A DNA stretch of 64,000 bases from the human T2T-CHM13v2.0 reference genome, Homo sapiens: NCBI RefSeq assembly GCF_009914755.1, contig NC_060934.1. One strand, written 5' to 3'. The number at the start of each line of letters is the position of its first letter. The first letter of the stretch is position 1. The position numbers were made by a program, and so were the translations under genes. This document shows positions 14,209 to 30,481 of this stretch, in pieces. A model generated the notes under the pieces. It saw only the letters and a program-made list of their open reading frames with translations, was not told the DNA's origin and made no database searches.

Positions 14209-16116
14209 CAAAATAAGCACTTAAAAATACCTTCCACATCCTGCCACTCTACCCCTACCTCAAAGAGAAGATTCCCAAGGAAACTCTAGGTAATGAAAAC
14301 CTGGTCCTACAGTCTATGAAAGTATGACTTCAACAGTGTGTGGTTCAGGGAGTTCTGAACATTCAAAACAGAAGCAAACAAATCAGTATTGGGGTGAAGC
14401 CAAGGGAAAATTACTGACCACATACTCCACAAGACTTGTCTCAGGTGTACATGGAACCTGAGAATGTTTAATGTTATAATGAAATACGTATTCATATTAC
14501 AAAGTTACACGTATATTTTAATAATTATAAAATGCAAATATCGTAAGTATAGTGTGATACTCAATAGCTTCAAGTGTATTTTTTGGCATTGGCATAATAC
14601 ATATGTGTATTTCCATAGTTATTTATATGTATCTAATTTTAACTTTGTTTTCCACTTTTTTGATATACCTGCTAGCCATTTGATATGTTTCAAGTAATTT
14701 TTTTCACGAAGAAATATGTTTTAAATATTGTTTGCACCCTTGAGTGTCTGAGAATGTTTTTTGTTGCCTTAACACAAAAGGTTAAAACATCTTTCTACCA
14801 CAAAATTCTGTAGACATTTCTCTATTTTCTTCCAGAGTTTAGCATTACAACAGAAGTGTGTAAAGTCACCTTTGTTTTTATCTATTTGTAGGTAACCCGT
14901 TGTGGATTTTTAGAAAATAATTAACTTTCTGCTTATATGCTTGTTTTATATTATTATGGTTTGGTTTTCATCTCTGTAATGAAATGAACTTAGCAAGCAT
15001 ATTTTTGCAAAGGTATCCCCTTTGATTTCAATTTTGCAGCGAACTCTTTCAATCTGCACTTACATGTTTCTTCAACCCAAGTTTTCTTCTATCATGCCTT
15101 CGAATATTGACATCAATTCCTTTTCGTCCTTTGTTTTAATCTAGTCAATAATCTGTTACCTATATGTTTTTTCAATGTCTACCATCTTCTCTGTCAAAGA
15201 GTATTTTTATTTCTTTGTCTTTTTCTCTGACCTGTGGGCTTGGTAATCAAGTCTTTCTCAGGATCACTAACGTACTTCTATGCAATTCTGTGCTTTACAG
15301 TCTCCAGTGTGTTTAATCATTTTTAGTTTTCTTTCAGTTTTTCTTTATCTTGTCCATCTTTCTTTATCCATCAAACTCTTGCATTTTTATTATGAACAAT
15401 TGCAGACCTGCAAAACCATATAAAATACACTACACTGAACATCTATATTTACTACCAGGGTCTGGAAATTAAACATTACAAATGAAGTTTGTCTCACTGC
15501 ATCAATTTTGGTATGTTTTTCCAGGATATTGTTTGTTTCACCTAAATTTATGTATCTTTCTATGTATGTATATTAATATATGTATTAAATTGTACATATC
15601 TATGCATATATTTCTGGATAGGTGTATGTAAAATATTACATATGAAAGCCACCTTTTTGACCTTTTTTCTTTTTATTTCATACCGTATTCTTTTTATTTC
15701 AGTATATTCTTGTTTCTTATATTTTATTCTGAGTTTTTTTAAAAAAAATCTTAGCATTAGCTGTGCTAAAAAATGAAAGTACTCCCCAAAGAAGATGCAA
15801 TATTTTTATCAGCTGCGATTCACATGTGGCCAGGCTTAATGGTAACCACATCCTTCCTGAGTGACCTTTGGAGATCATCCACCATCTCACCATAGGCTGG
15901 TAACCATATTTCTCAGCTTACTCCACGTGTTTTCTTCCCTTTCCAGAATGGGAAAACTTGTGATTGGAAGTCAGGTATCTTAATTTCTAAAAGCAAGCAT
16001 CTATATCTGTTTAGTTCATTTGATTTTTGGAGGTTTATTTTGTTTTACCTTGAGCAAGTCACATTTTCTGGGCCTCATTGTCTTCCAACATAAAACAAAA
16101 TAATCTGATTAGATGA

Positions 16117-18970
<2,854 letters not shown>

Positions 18971-19412
18971 TTTGGGGATTTCCTACCATTATAACATTTT
19001 ATATGTAATAAAGTAATTTTATTGCTGATTCTGTGAATCCATTCATTTATTTTATGAAACCTTGCCACTTTCTTCCTAGAGAAGATGAAGTTCTTCCATA
19101 TGGACTCAGTCTTGGGCAGTTCCTTGGTCAACTTTTCTCTGGGATTGGAAAGTTCCAAATCACTGTGAAGAGCAGACTTCTCAATTTTCAGCTCCACTGA
19201 AGAATATATGATCTGCTAAGCTGATGGTTACAAATTTCTGGAGCCCAGTATTCAGTCATCTTTAATCCTGTCCCTTTTAGTTCCTTTGTAAAGTTGTCTT
19301 CTAGAGCAAAGTTAATGTGACTCAGTACAGCCTGAGCCATGTCCACTCTGCCTCCTGGATCACTGTTACTGCTTGGATGATTTTAACTTTAATATGAATG
19401 AGTCTAGCTACA

Positions 19413-19606
19413 TACTGTTCTGTCCAATACAGTAGCCACTAGCCACATGTGGCTATATTAATTTAAATTCTAATTAATTCAAATCAAATAAAATAAATTT
19501 AGTCCTCAGTCTTAGTCACATTTTATGTGCTTGATACCACATGTAACTAGTGGTTACTGCACACATATGAAGTATTTCCATCAGCGCTGTCTGTTGGACA
19601 GCTCTG
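19413..19606. mobile_element. MER3-like hAT-Charlie MITE
   Basis: ctgtccaatacagtagccactagccacatgtggcta core and ttggacagc terminus. Confidence 0.75.
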
Positions 19607-21000
19607 GATAAAGCCCTAGGAAAAAGCTGCTGAGTGAGACTGGGTAAGTTCTAGCTGAAGTTGGACATATTGACACGGAGCTCGATTAGTTCGATTAGTT
19701 CAATTAGTTCCAGACTGGGAGAATCACTTCAGACCAAAGCTGCTGAAATCAGTTTATTGCAGGGCAAGCTTATCAACATTGCAACCAGACAGCACTTGAA
19801 GAAAACGTCTGCTACTTACAGGCTATATGATCTCAGGCAAGTAAGACTCAGCTTGCACTTCTGAAAAATGGAAGTAAGAAAACCAGCCTCATTGCTTTAG
19901 CAGTTGTAGCATTAATCATATAGTAGCATGTATGGAGTCCCAAGCGTAGTGTCTGGCAAGTAGTTGGTACTCAGGAAAACTTCCTAATACTGAAAATACC
20001 ATCAGGAAAAAAACCTAAAGTGTTGGTGATAATGAGGCCCCCACCCTAAATGCTTCTTGAGAAAATTCTTGGCAAAGTTTCTGAAGAAAAACTGTCTTCA
20101 CCATGAAGAGTTTCCTGATCCTCCCTATTCTCACTCTATTCCATCCCCTGCTTCCAACTAAAAGGATCACCTCTCTGTCTAAACTCCACAGCACTGTATT
20201 GTTCCTTTTCCTATGAACCCATCCCTTTTCTACCTTTAACTGCCCTGACTTGTAGTCCTCTACCAGAAAGGGGCTCACACCTGTAATGCAGGGACTTGCC
20301 TTTTCCTCTCAGCAAATCTTGGAAGGAGATTTGCATATAGCCAATGACCAATACATAATGTCCCAGAGATTTGCCATTGTCAATTTTCATTCTTCATGAA
20401 TAAAAGGGATAGTACCTCTCCCTGTCTTGCTGGCTCACCCTCTATCCCTGTAAAGAATCAACTGTCAAAAGAAGCAGAAAGAAAATAGCATCACATTCCT
20501 CAAGAGAGGCCTCATACAGAGCTAAGGGAGGGATCATAGTCATCCCCAAACAACATGACTCTTCCCTAATCTTAATAGGGCAGTATTCTCCTATGGCAAT
20601 ATTTCCCAAACGCTAGTCATTCACATTCTTCATTCACAATGTTTGCAAAATCTGCATGCTACCAATAATATTGTTTGCTTAAAAGTCTCAAAATTAATTC
20701 ACTATTTCACTTTTTAAAAGAAATTTTATGCAGCTATAGTGTAAATGAGAAAAAAATAAAATATCATTTGCCAAAACTTGAAGGTAACCATAACATAATA
20801 AAAAGTAGATGACTGATAATAAAGTAGATAGATGCCATGCCTAGCCAGTGCACCTGAGTTTAATATCTGCCTTCTTTTTGTTAAATGCATGCTCTTTGTT
20901 TGAAAGGGAGATTAGCAAGTGCTAGAAACAATGCCATAAGCAAAAGCTAGACTTCCTCCTTGATGTGCTCAGAAGACTGAAGGAAACTTGATAGGGAGAC

Positions 21001-21463
21001 TGTAATAAGATAGGATGAATAATGGCCCCCAATGATGTCCATATTCTAATCTCAGGAGCCTGTGAATATGTTACCTTATATGGCAAAAGGAACTTTGCAT
21101 ATGTGATTAAGTTGGGATCTTGAAGTAAGGAGATCATGCTGGGTCATCTGGTTAGGCCCAGTGTAATCACAAGGGCCCTTATAGGAGAGAGGCAAGTAGG
21201 CCAAAGTTAGAAAAAGGAGATGTTACAATGGACCCAAGGTTGGAGTGATGTGCTAGGAGCCAAGGAATGGAGGCAGTCTCTAGTAGCTAGAAGTAAAAAA
21301 GTCAAGGAAGTGGGTTCTTCTCTGGTCTCCAGAGGAATATAGCCCTACCAACACCTTGATCTTAGAATTATGACCTCCAGAAGGTAAGAGAATAAATTTA
21401 TGTGCTTTTTAAGCCACTGAGTTTGTGGAAATTTGTTATGGCAGCAAGAAGAAACTAATAACA
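21001..21463 (+). mobile_element. MLT1-type (ERVL-MaLR) solo LTR
   Basis: TG...CA ends, gaatatgttaccttatatggcaaaagg motif, AATAAA at 21391, and 5-bp TSD gagac (20996-21000, 21464-21468). Confidence 0.9.
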
Positions 21464-22686
21464 GAGACTGATTGGCATATTATGTTATTCAAGGTCACAT
21501 AATATCATGTTCATCTATCAGCTAAAACCTTCCACAGCCCCAGTGATGTACACCTACACATCGGGACACTGCCTAATGAATTCCCACTAGGCAGACAGGG
21601 AAAATGGTATCCATAAATTAAAGCAGCTACAGAAGAATTTAGGCCTGAGGCAGCGAAGCTGGTTGCTAAGGTGATGGCTGATTATAGGGAAAGCTCTGCA
21701 TGGTCAATGTCCTGTTTCCTCCACTACTTTGGCTTTCCTTTATAATATAGCATCCGACCTGAGGAAAAGCCATTCCAGAATCAGCCGTCCTTCAACAAAT
21801 GGACTCTGCATTTAGGTAGGTCATGCCCGTGGCTCTTTCCACTCCTAAATTGAACTATTGTTCTCTTAGATGAAAATAGACTTGGCAATACTTTCTTAAA
21901 TTAAATAAAAACTTACTGTATTTTGTCTAATTATAAAAATAAGATGTGTTTATTATAGCCATTTTAGAAAATAGAAACTAACAAAAATTATAATTTCCTT
22001 TTCACCCAGAGAAACCTACTTGGTTAATATTTTGATAGATTTCTCTCTGGTCCCATTTCTGTTCATGTCCATTTATAATTGGAAAAGTATTCAATAAGTA
22101 TTATTTAGCAGCCTTCGTTTTCTCTGTTAAAACATATTATGAACACTTTTGTACTACCTATAATATACCTCTATAATATTTTTGTAATGACTGAATATTT
22201 TGTTGTAAACACGAATTATAATTTCTATAACCAGTTCACTCACATGACTATTTATGCCACTTCCAATTTTTCACTATTTTCTTATAAATATTTTGGTTCA
22301 CCACAGATGGCTCCTAAAAATAAATTTATGAGTTAGGAGTATTTAAATTTTTTACACACATTGCCAAATTTCCCATGAGGGAGTTATACAAATTTATCTA
22401 TAAATAAGAATAATTTTAAAGGGAATTAATCGCAAATTTGAGTAAATATTAAAGAAGGAAATAAGTGGTAAACTTTTTTTGGGGAAAGAAAGAAAACCTT
22501 TTATTTTGTATTCATGTGTTAAGCAAGATAATCTGCTTGCCTTTTTGCCTTCCTCTTGACCTAACAATCTACTGGAGAAAGAGGGAAGAAAGAGATGCAT
22601 GGAAATGGAGTAACTTCTTAAAGCGGAAAAAATAAGTGAGATTTTTTTTTTTTTCCCTAGAACAGTTAGATGGAAAACACTGTCAG

Positions 22687-22992
22687 GGCCAGGCACAGTG
22701 GCTCACACCTGTAATCGCAGCACTGTGGAAGGCCAAGGCAGGCAGATCGCTCTAGACCAGAAGTTTGAGGCCAGCCTCCTGGGCTCAAGGAGCAACATGG
22801 CAAAACCTGTCTCTGCAAAAAACACAAAAATTAGCCAGGCATGGTTTCATGCACCTGCAGTCCTAGATACTTGGGAGGCTGAAGTGGAAGGATCACATGA
22901 ATGTGAGAGATTGAGGCTGTAGTGAGCTGTGATCACACCACTGCTCCAGCCTGTGCAACAGAGCAAGACCCTGCCTAAAACAAATTTAAAAA
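22687..22992 (+). mobile_element. AluJ element
   Basis: Diverged Alu dimer with an A-rich tail. Confidence 0.9.
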
Positions 22993-23786
22993 CACAGTAA
23001 AATAAAAACAAAAACACTAGTAGTATCAGTGTTTTGGGGTGTCAGATAGGTTTTGTGGATGGACAAACCTCATTATGGCAAAATGTAGAAAGTCTTTTAG
23101 GCCTGCCTATTTCAAAATTCTCGTGGTACATAGCCAACCAACAATAGATCTGATGATTTAATCAATACAGAGATTCAATCTGTATAGCCTTAAAGTACAT
23201 TTCTGCTTTGGCTGTCTACACAAATTGCTACATAGAGAACATCCAAATTACTCACTTGCTAAGTATTGATGTGGCAAAGCCCATGGCATCCACAGTAGCT
23301 GAGTACTAGTTCAGCTGGAGCTAAACCCAGCCCAGTAAAGTGTAATTACTACAGAGCATGGTCTACTGTTGAGATTGCCTGTTGCAGCCTTCTTTTATAT
23401 TAATATTTTAACTGAAAAATGAGATAGAAGATTTCTAAGTAATCAGCTTCACTTCTAATTTTTTCTATCTCAAGCCTACAAACTGATATTCATCCTAATA
23501 ATAACAATAAATAGCAACAACATCTTAAGTAGCTTCTGTACGCCAGGTGCCATGCTGTGCAACTCACACCTATATTTTACTTAGGCTTTACAACAGTGCT
23601 GTGAGGAAGATGCTGTTATTAGTCGTTTATGAGTGAGCAATCTGAAAACAGAAATGTGTCCAAGGGCCCACAGCTGGTGACAGGCAGAGCTGGAATTTGA
23701 ACCCAGGTCTGTTGAACTCCACCCTTCTCTATTTTTTTTTTCTGTAGATGAGAAACTTTATTTTTTCCAGAGGACTGTTTATTGGA

Positions 23787-23966
23787 TTTTTTTAAATTAT
23801 GCTTTAAGTTCTAGGGTACAGGTGCACAACGTGCAGGTTTGTTACATATGTATACATGTGCCATGTTGGTAGCAAACTATCGCAAGGACAAAAAACCAAA
23901 CACTGCATGTTCTCACTCATAGGTGGAAATTGAACAATGAGAACACTCAGACACAGGAAGGGGAAC
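23787..23966 (-). mobile_element. Mini L1PA 3' end with inversion
   Basis: Antisense extreme 3' end (23787-23870) is joined to sense ORF2-end/3'UTR sequence (23871-23966). Both parts match the L1PA at 33231-34115. Confidence 0.9.
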
Positions 23967-26739
23967 TCTACTGTATCTTGTAAGTGAGACTCCCTGCTAG
24001 GTGACCCTGTGGCTTTAAGGCTTCGTCTGGGATTCCCAGGCCCCAAACCAAGTCTGCACATCTTTGTGCCTGGCCCTCTAGTGGCCCTGGGAAAAAAGTT
24101 TTAAAGAAATCCAATGACAACTGGAGTCTTTTCTGATCCTTGATTGTCCCATCTTTCCTTAGGTATATTACAGGTTTGAAGGGATGGGAAAGGGGGAAAC
24201 AATTTTCTTCTATATCTTTAAGGGCATTGTTTTTTTAAATTGTCTATAAAGTTTCTGGATTTTTTTGTTGTGCGTTTTGATTTATTTTGTTTGGTATGTA
24301 TTAATGTGATTAAGAATAGGCTCTATTTCCTCTGTTGGAAAGATATGCCAGACATCACAGACAATCAAATAAACACTCTAGGTCAGGAACCTTTGGGGGA
24401 AAGCTTTTGGGAATGATATATGTCAACATTAGCGACAGTTAAAGGTAGGCAACATGCTGATACGTTCTGGAAATGGAGCTGAGACTCCCAAGGCCTCAAT
24501 CCAAAAGCCAGAATGTGTTAAGGAGAGGCAATCTCTGAATACAGAGACACTTACCATTTACTTCTTTTAAAGGGCTGGGATGTCTCCTGAATGCTATGAG
24601 GTGCTTGAAAGGGCCTCTTCTTACCCGACTTGCTCTCTCTCATCTCTTCATTTCCTTCTGCCCCTTGCTTGCCTTAGCCTCCATCATGCTGAAGCTGATC
24701 TTAAACATTTGGGCAAGTTGTTTCCCTTTTCTTGGTCTGAGTTTACTCATCTGATCTGCCAGGGGTTTGTCAGCCTCAACACCACATAGTCCTGTGATGT
24801 AATAACTTTAAAAATCAGAGCAGGACAAAAGCAGAGTTGCACAACCTTGCCCTTCTGCCCCACACCAGCCAGGGAAACCGCAATGCCTGCCACTTCAGTG
24901 TCTGGGTGGTTCTCCCATCATATAGTTCCCCTCTTCCTCCGTAAAGGTTTGTGGTGCTTTGTGCTGCTTGCTGGCTGATCCTAAACCCTAAATTTGGAAG
25001 CCGCACAAGCCTGACTCCCCTCTAAGTGCTCCAGGACTAAAATAATTCCCAGCCATTTCTCTACTTCCTACTTCAAATTCGCAAAGGCTGAAAATACAAG
25101 TAGATATTTTCTAATTTTTTAAAAGGATCTAGATATAATGTCAGAGGAGAGAAGGATTATAGAAACCAACTTATCCAGGGACATTTTTAGAAGCAAATCT
25201 TTTCAAACAAAAAATGTTGTAGAGGCTTCAACACATATAGAGTAAATGAGTAGCAGTAGTATATATTTATCATATACAATTCAAATTTATGACCTTCACA
25301 TATCATGAAGTACAGTGATAAGGGTGACACTACTTCAGTGATCCCCAAAATTAGAAATGGTATTACAAATAACAGAACTTTGGTTATATCTGCCTAGACT
25401 TACACAGTAGTGCTTTGTTTTATTTGGCTATATGATATGATAGAATCTGCACAGATAAGTAGTTGAAGTCATAGTTGTTTTTAAACAAACATTTTAAACA
25501 ACTTCAATTATCTTGTATAAGATAGCAAAGGAAGTTTTACTTGAAAGTTCTAGCAAGTTAGTGAATATGTGGCCACTGATGTTTTGCAATTTGATAATAT
25601 AATATACAATTTTTGGGATTAAAAGTGAAGCAAAATGCATCTATGTGCAGCATTAGGTGATTCACAGCATTTTCCAATTGGAATTCTGCAGACCAAATCC
25701 ATGTGATCCTATTCTCTAGGCTTTGCTATATTTGTTAAATGCAAGCTGGTTTTACGATGTTTAATTAATATTTAAATCCACTTTGAGATCAAAGAAAACT
25801 GAACCAACATAAACTATCATTAGCTGTCACAGAAACGAGTAACTGGCATGGTTTTGTCTTCAATCCCTGTAGTTTCTCCTTACACATTTTAAAACCTCAA
25901 AGAGGTCATGGTTAGTATGAGTCACCATTTTACTACATTTTTGATGTGGTGAATATAGGAAAATCTTTAACCCTAAAAAAACTAGTCTTCTTTCACTTTC
26001 TTATTTTTATTTTTAATTTCTTCACTATCCTACTGCAGACATGAATCTTTCAGTTTCTGAGACCAAATTCCTCTCTGGAGAAAGAAGCCAAGCTGGGAGA
26101 ATTTGTAGCATGGGGATTAGAGCTTCTCTTCCTGCAGGTAGCCTGCCTGTGAGTGTGGCACAGCACTGGCTCCCAAACTCAGCTCACCCTCAGAATCATT
26201 TGGTTCACCTCATGAAAATACAAAGTCCTAGGCCCCAAACCTGGAATCTTTGCTTCCGTGGGTCTGGAGTAGGACCTGAAATCATTACCATTAATTTGGT
26301 GCTTCTGATGATTCTGTGTCTGATTTTTTTTTTTAATATGAAAGGTAAAGTCATGGTTGAAAATTTGTTTCCACTTGGCATGACTAAAACCAGTGCTTTG
26401 AAAAGAACACACAATTATGATATGCCGTTGCTATCCAAAGGATTCAATGTCTGTTCTAGAGTTGGTGAGAATGAAAAATTTCAGTGTCATGAAGAACAGG
26501 GAGCATCTCATAGAAATGAAGTAACATTGCTCCTGAGACAATGAGAAAAGCTCACATCTTTTTCTCACCTGGAAAATGGACATCTACTAACTCACAATGG
26601 CAAGCTTATATGCAAACAACTTTTGGAAGATTTATCAACAGATACTAAAGGCTAATAATTTTAAATACCTTAAAAACATGTTTAAATACCTTTATTAAGT
26701 AAATTTTTTTATGACCAGTATTTATATACTGTGATGATT

Positions 26740-26958
26740 CCAAGATTTCTCAACCTCAGCACGATTGACATTTTAGGACAGATAATTTCTTGTGGGGGGC
26801 CTGTCTTGTGCATTTTAGGATGTTTAGCAACATCCTTGGCTTCTACCACTAAATGCCAGCAGCACTCTCCTAGTAATTACAACCAGACATTTCTCCATAC
26901 ATTGCCAAATATTCCTTGGCAGGGCAGACTTCCCCCAGTTGTAAAGCATCCCTCTAGA
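26740..26958. mobile_element. MER20 hAT MITE
   Basis: tttctcaacctcagcacgattgacattttaggacagataatttcttgtgggggg...acattgccaaatattcc. Confidence 0.8.
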
Positions 26959-27049
26959 AAAATCACATAATCTCTCTGGGGCTTCAGATTTCTATAATGT
27001 AAGATCAGGTAGTAAAGCAGCATTCATAGCAGCAGAATCAGAAAAGACA

Positions 27050-28240
27050 AATACAGGTAAAATTAAATAACTGGTTAGAAAAAGAATAATTCAGACTTAA
27101 TGCCAACCCATACAGAAAAATAAATCTCAAATGGTCTCGAATTTCAAATGAAGAAAGAAGTTAAAATATTGAGAAAATATAAAGAATATATTTTACAGCC
27201 TTAGGGTAAAGAAGACTTGCCTAAGAAAAAGAGAAAACATGGAAGCTGAAATTGAAAACCCCAAAAGACTTAACTCTATAACATTTTACCACTTCTCTTT
27301 GATGAAATAATAACTAAATAAAGGCAAAACATGTAAACTTTTAAAAAATGGAAAAAGAAAAAAAATCTGTAACATTTATAACTGAAGATCAATATTCATA
27401 ATAAAGAAAAAGCCCAAGCAAATCATTAAAAAAATTAAAAATAAATGGAAAACAGGTTAACAATTTGAAAAAGCAATTCCTAACTAAAAATTAAATAGCC
27501 AAAATACATAAAAAAATTTCAGTCTCATTATAACTCAGAAAAATACAAACTAAAACTACAATGAGATATCATTTTGATCCTATCATATTGGCAAAGTTAA
27601 AAATACTTGTGAAAATTAAAAAGAATTGATGAAAAAAAGCAGGAGAAACAGCCATGTTCATGCCCTATTATGTTACATTGGTTCAATCTTTTAAGGGTCA
27701 ATTTTGCAGTAGCTGTCAAAATGTAGACTGTGCATGACCTTTCACCTAGTGTTCTACCTCTATACATCTAGTCTATTAAAAAAAACAGTTTCATACAAGG
27801 ATTACTTGCTACAGTATTGCTTTTAATAGCTAAACATTGCAAGCCAACTAAGGGCTATGATTGACACATCATCATATAGTGATACATTCATATAAGGTAG
27901 CTTTATGCAGTAGTTAAATAAGCCATATTTAAAATATTGAAAGGAAAAGGATTTTGGATGACAATATTTCAGAACTGTATATAAATATGTAAATATAGAC
28001 ATATTTTAATAATCTATTTATATAGTTATATATGTTTATCTGTCTGTATATAAAATTTTGTGTATATCTATGCACATAACAATCTCTTGAAGCATTCACA
28101 TCAAACTGTTAACAGAAATTAATTTCAGGGAGAAAAGTATTTTATCCATATTATTGTATGTATTTTATAGTGTTTGAAGTTTTACCACAAACATGTATTT
28201 TATAATTTTTAATTATATAATTTTAAAATAAATAAATGAG
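27050..28240 (+). mobile_element. Old L1ME-like fragment
   Basis: A-rich, with diverged ORF2-end motifs (aaaactacaatgagatatcatttt; atgacctttcacctagtgttctacctct). Limits are approximate. Confidence 0.6.
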
Positions 28241-28303
28241 GATATTGAATTAAATGATTTCTGAAATCTATGACTTCAGCCCTAACAGACTGTGATTTAA
28301 TTA

Positions 28304-28662
<359 letters not shown>

Positions 28663-29860
28663 CTACCATAACTGTGTTCGTACGACAAATTCCTTTAAGA
28701 AGGAAAAGAAAAGGGGAAAGGCATTACAATTCTTTAAGCCCCTGCTATATGCTTGTTCCATGTGGCGTAGATTTACGCATTGATCCTCACAGCACCTTAT
28801 TTTCACGTTAGATTAACTGAGGCTCGGAGAGGTTAAGTGGCCTGACCAAGATCATTGGCTCAGAAAGGGAAGGAGCCAGGATTCACACTTGAATCAGTCT
28901 GGGGGAAATATTATTGCTGCTCTACAGCAGATGTTTTGTAGTTTCATGAGTTGATGGAGAAACTCTGGTTTATCTTATAAACTTCAAGGCAGAACAGCAA
29001 GAGGCCATGGTGGAGAAGCAACTGTCCAGTAGCATAACCATTACAACCTGCAGGAAGTAAAATTGCTGAGGTGTGATGGATGCTTATTCTGCACCAGGTC
29101 CTGCATTCATACCACACTTAACTCTCACAGCAACCTTAAGAGGGAGGTACCATACTGTTACCATTTTGCAAATGAGGATGCAGGCTCAGCAAAGGTAGAA
29201 AAGTTGCCCAAAGTCACATATATAGAAAGTAGTGGAGCTATTGGTCTGACTCCTCATCCTATGTTAATTACTGGATACACAGACTAGGGTAGAAATTATT
29301 GGCTACTAGCTGGACTTTGAAAAAAGAACCTTAAAACTGTAAGATGGTAGGTCTTTAAGCAATTCGTAGGCTAATGCCCAGAGTCAGAGATAAGGTTGTT
29401 TGCTTACTTTGATATGGAATGGTTTGTAATATTTCAACACTGGAGTATAGTATATGAAGAACAATTACATGTTGATTGATGTAGCTAAGATACCAATTAG
29501 AGTCTAAGAGCACATGCAGGCATGTCTGACAAACTGGGAGGGCAAGTAATCCAAACACTCTGAAGACCATTTGCCTGAAGACCTCGGGGTATCTTATGAG
29601 ATAACTCATATTAAGAGAAGGAGTGGAACATAAGCTTGACTCAGTACAACAGTTTTGGTCATTATTATAGACTGGTTCTCACAAAAGCATTGACTCTGAC
29701 TTTCAGATTGCTTCCATAGCACAGCCCCACACTAAACGGTGTAGTTTTCAAAACCTGAAAGAATAGTTTTAATAAAACTCAGTAACTCAGTCCAACACTG
29801 GGGTAGAACAGCACTATCTTGAAAGCCCTCTAACCTGTAACTCAAACAGAAAACATTCTG

Positions 29861-30481
29861 CCGCCAGTTTCTTTGCTAAAACATAGCAAGAGTCCAGTTT
29901 CCAACAAGTTCCTCATCTCCATCTGAGACCACCTCAGCCTGGATTTCATTGTCCATATCACTATTAGCCTTTTGGTCAAAGCCATTCAACAAGTCTCTAG
30001 GAAGTTCCAAAATTTCCCACATTTTCCTGTCTTCTGAGCCCTCCAAACTATTCCAACCCCTGCCTGTTACCCGGTTCCAAAGTTGCTTCCACATTTTCAG
30101 GTATCTTTTCAGCAGCGCCCCACTCTACTGGTGCCAATTTACTGTATTAGTCCATTTTCACGCTGCTGATAAACACATACCCAAGAATGGGCAATTTACA
30201 AAAGACAGAGGTTTACTGGACTTAGAGCTCCCCGTGGCTTGGGAGGCCTCAAAGGCTGTCTTGAATGGCGGCAGACAAGAGAAAAGAGCTTACGCACGGA
30301 AACTTCCGTTTTTAAAACCATCAGATCTCATGAGACTTACTCACTATCACGAGAACAGCAGAGGAAAGACCTGCTCCCATGATTCAGTTACCTCCCACCA
30401 GGTTCGTCCAATGACACGTGGGAATTGTGGGAGCTACAATGCAAGATGAGATTTGGGTGAGGACACAGCCAAACCATATCA
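29861..30481 (-). mobile_element. THE1 LTR (30143-30481) plus adjacent THE1-int fragment (29861-30142)
   Basis: LTR reads tgtattagtcc...ccaaaccatatca. The internal segment translates on minus to the MaLR ORF-like WNRVTGRGWNSLEGSEDRKMWE...EVVSDGDEELVGNW. Confidence 0.9.

Noticed and set aside
26041-26544. 167-aa ORF, the longest in the window
   Set aside because: Runs through a MER5-like MITE and low-complexity sequence; no domain, splice context or paralogy to lipases.
29510-29530. Possible p53/p63 site (cacatgcaggcatgtct)
   Set aside because: CATG cores are 8 nt apart rather than 10; only one good half-site.
29949-30449. 166-aa ORF
   Set aside because: Entirely within the THE1 internal/LTR sequence on its antisense strand.
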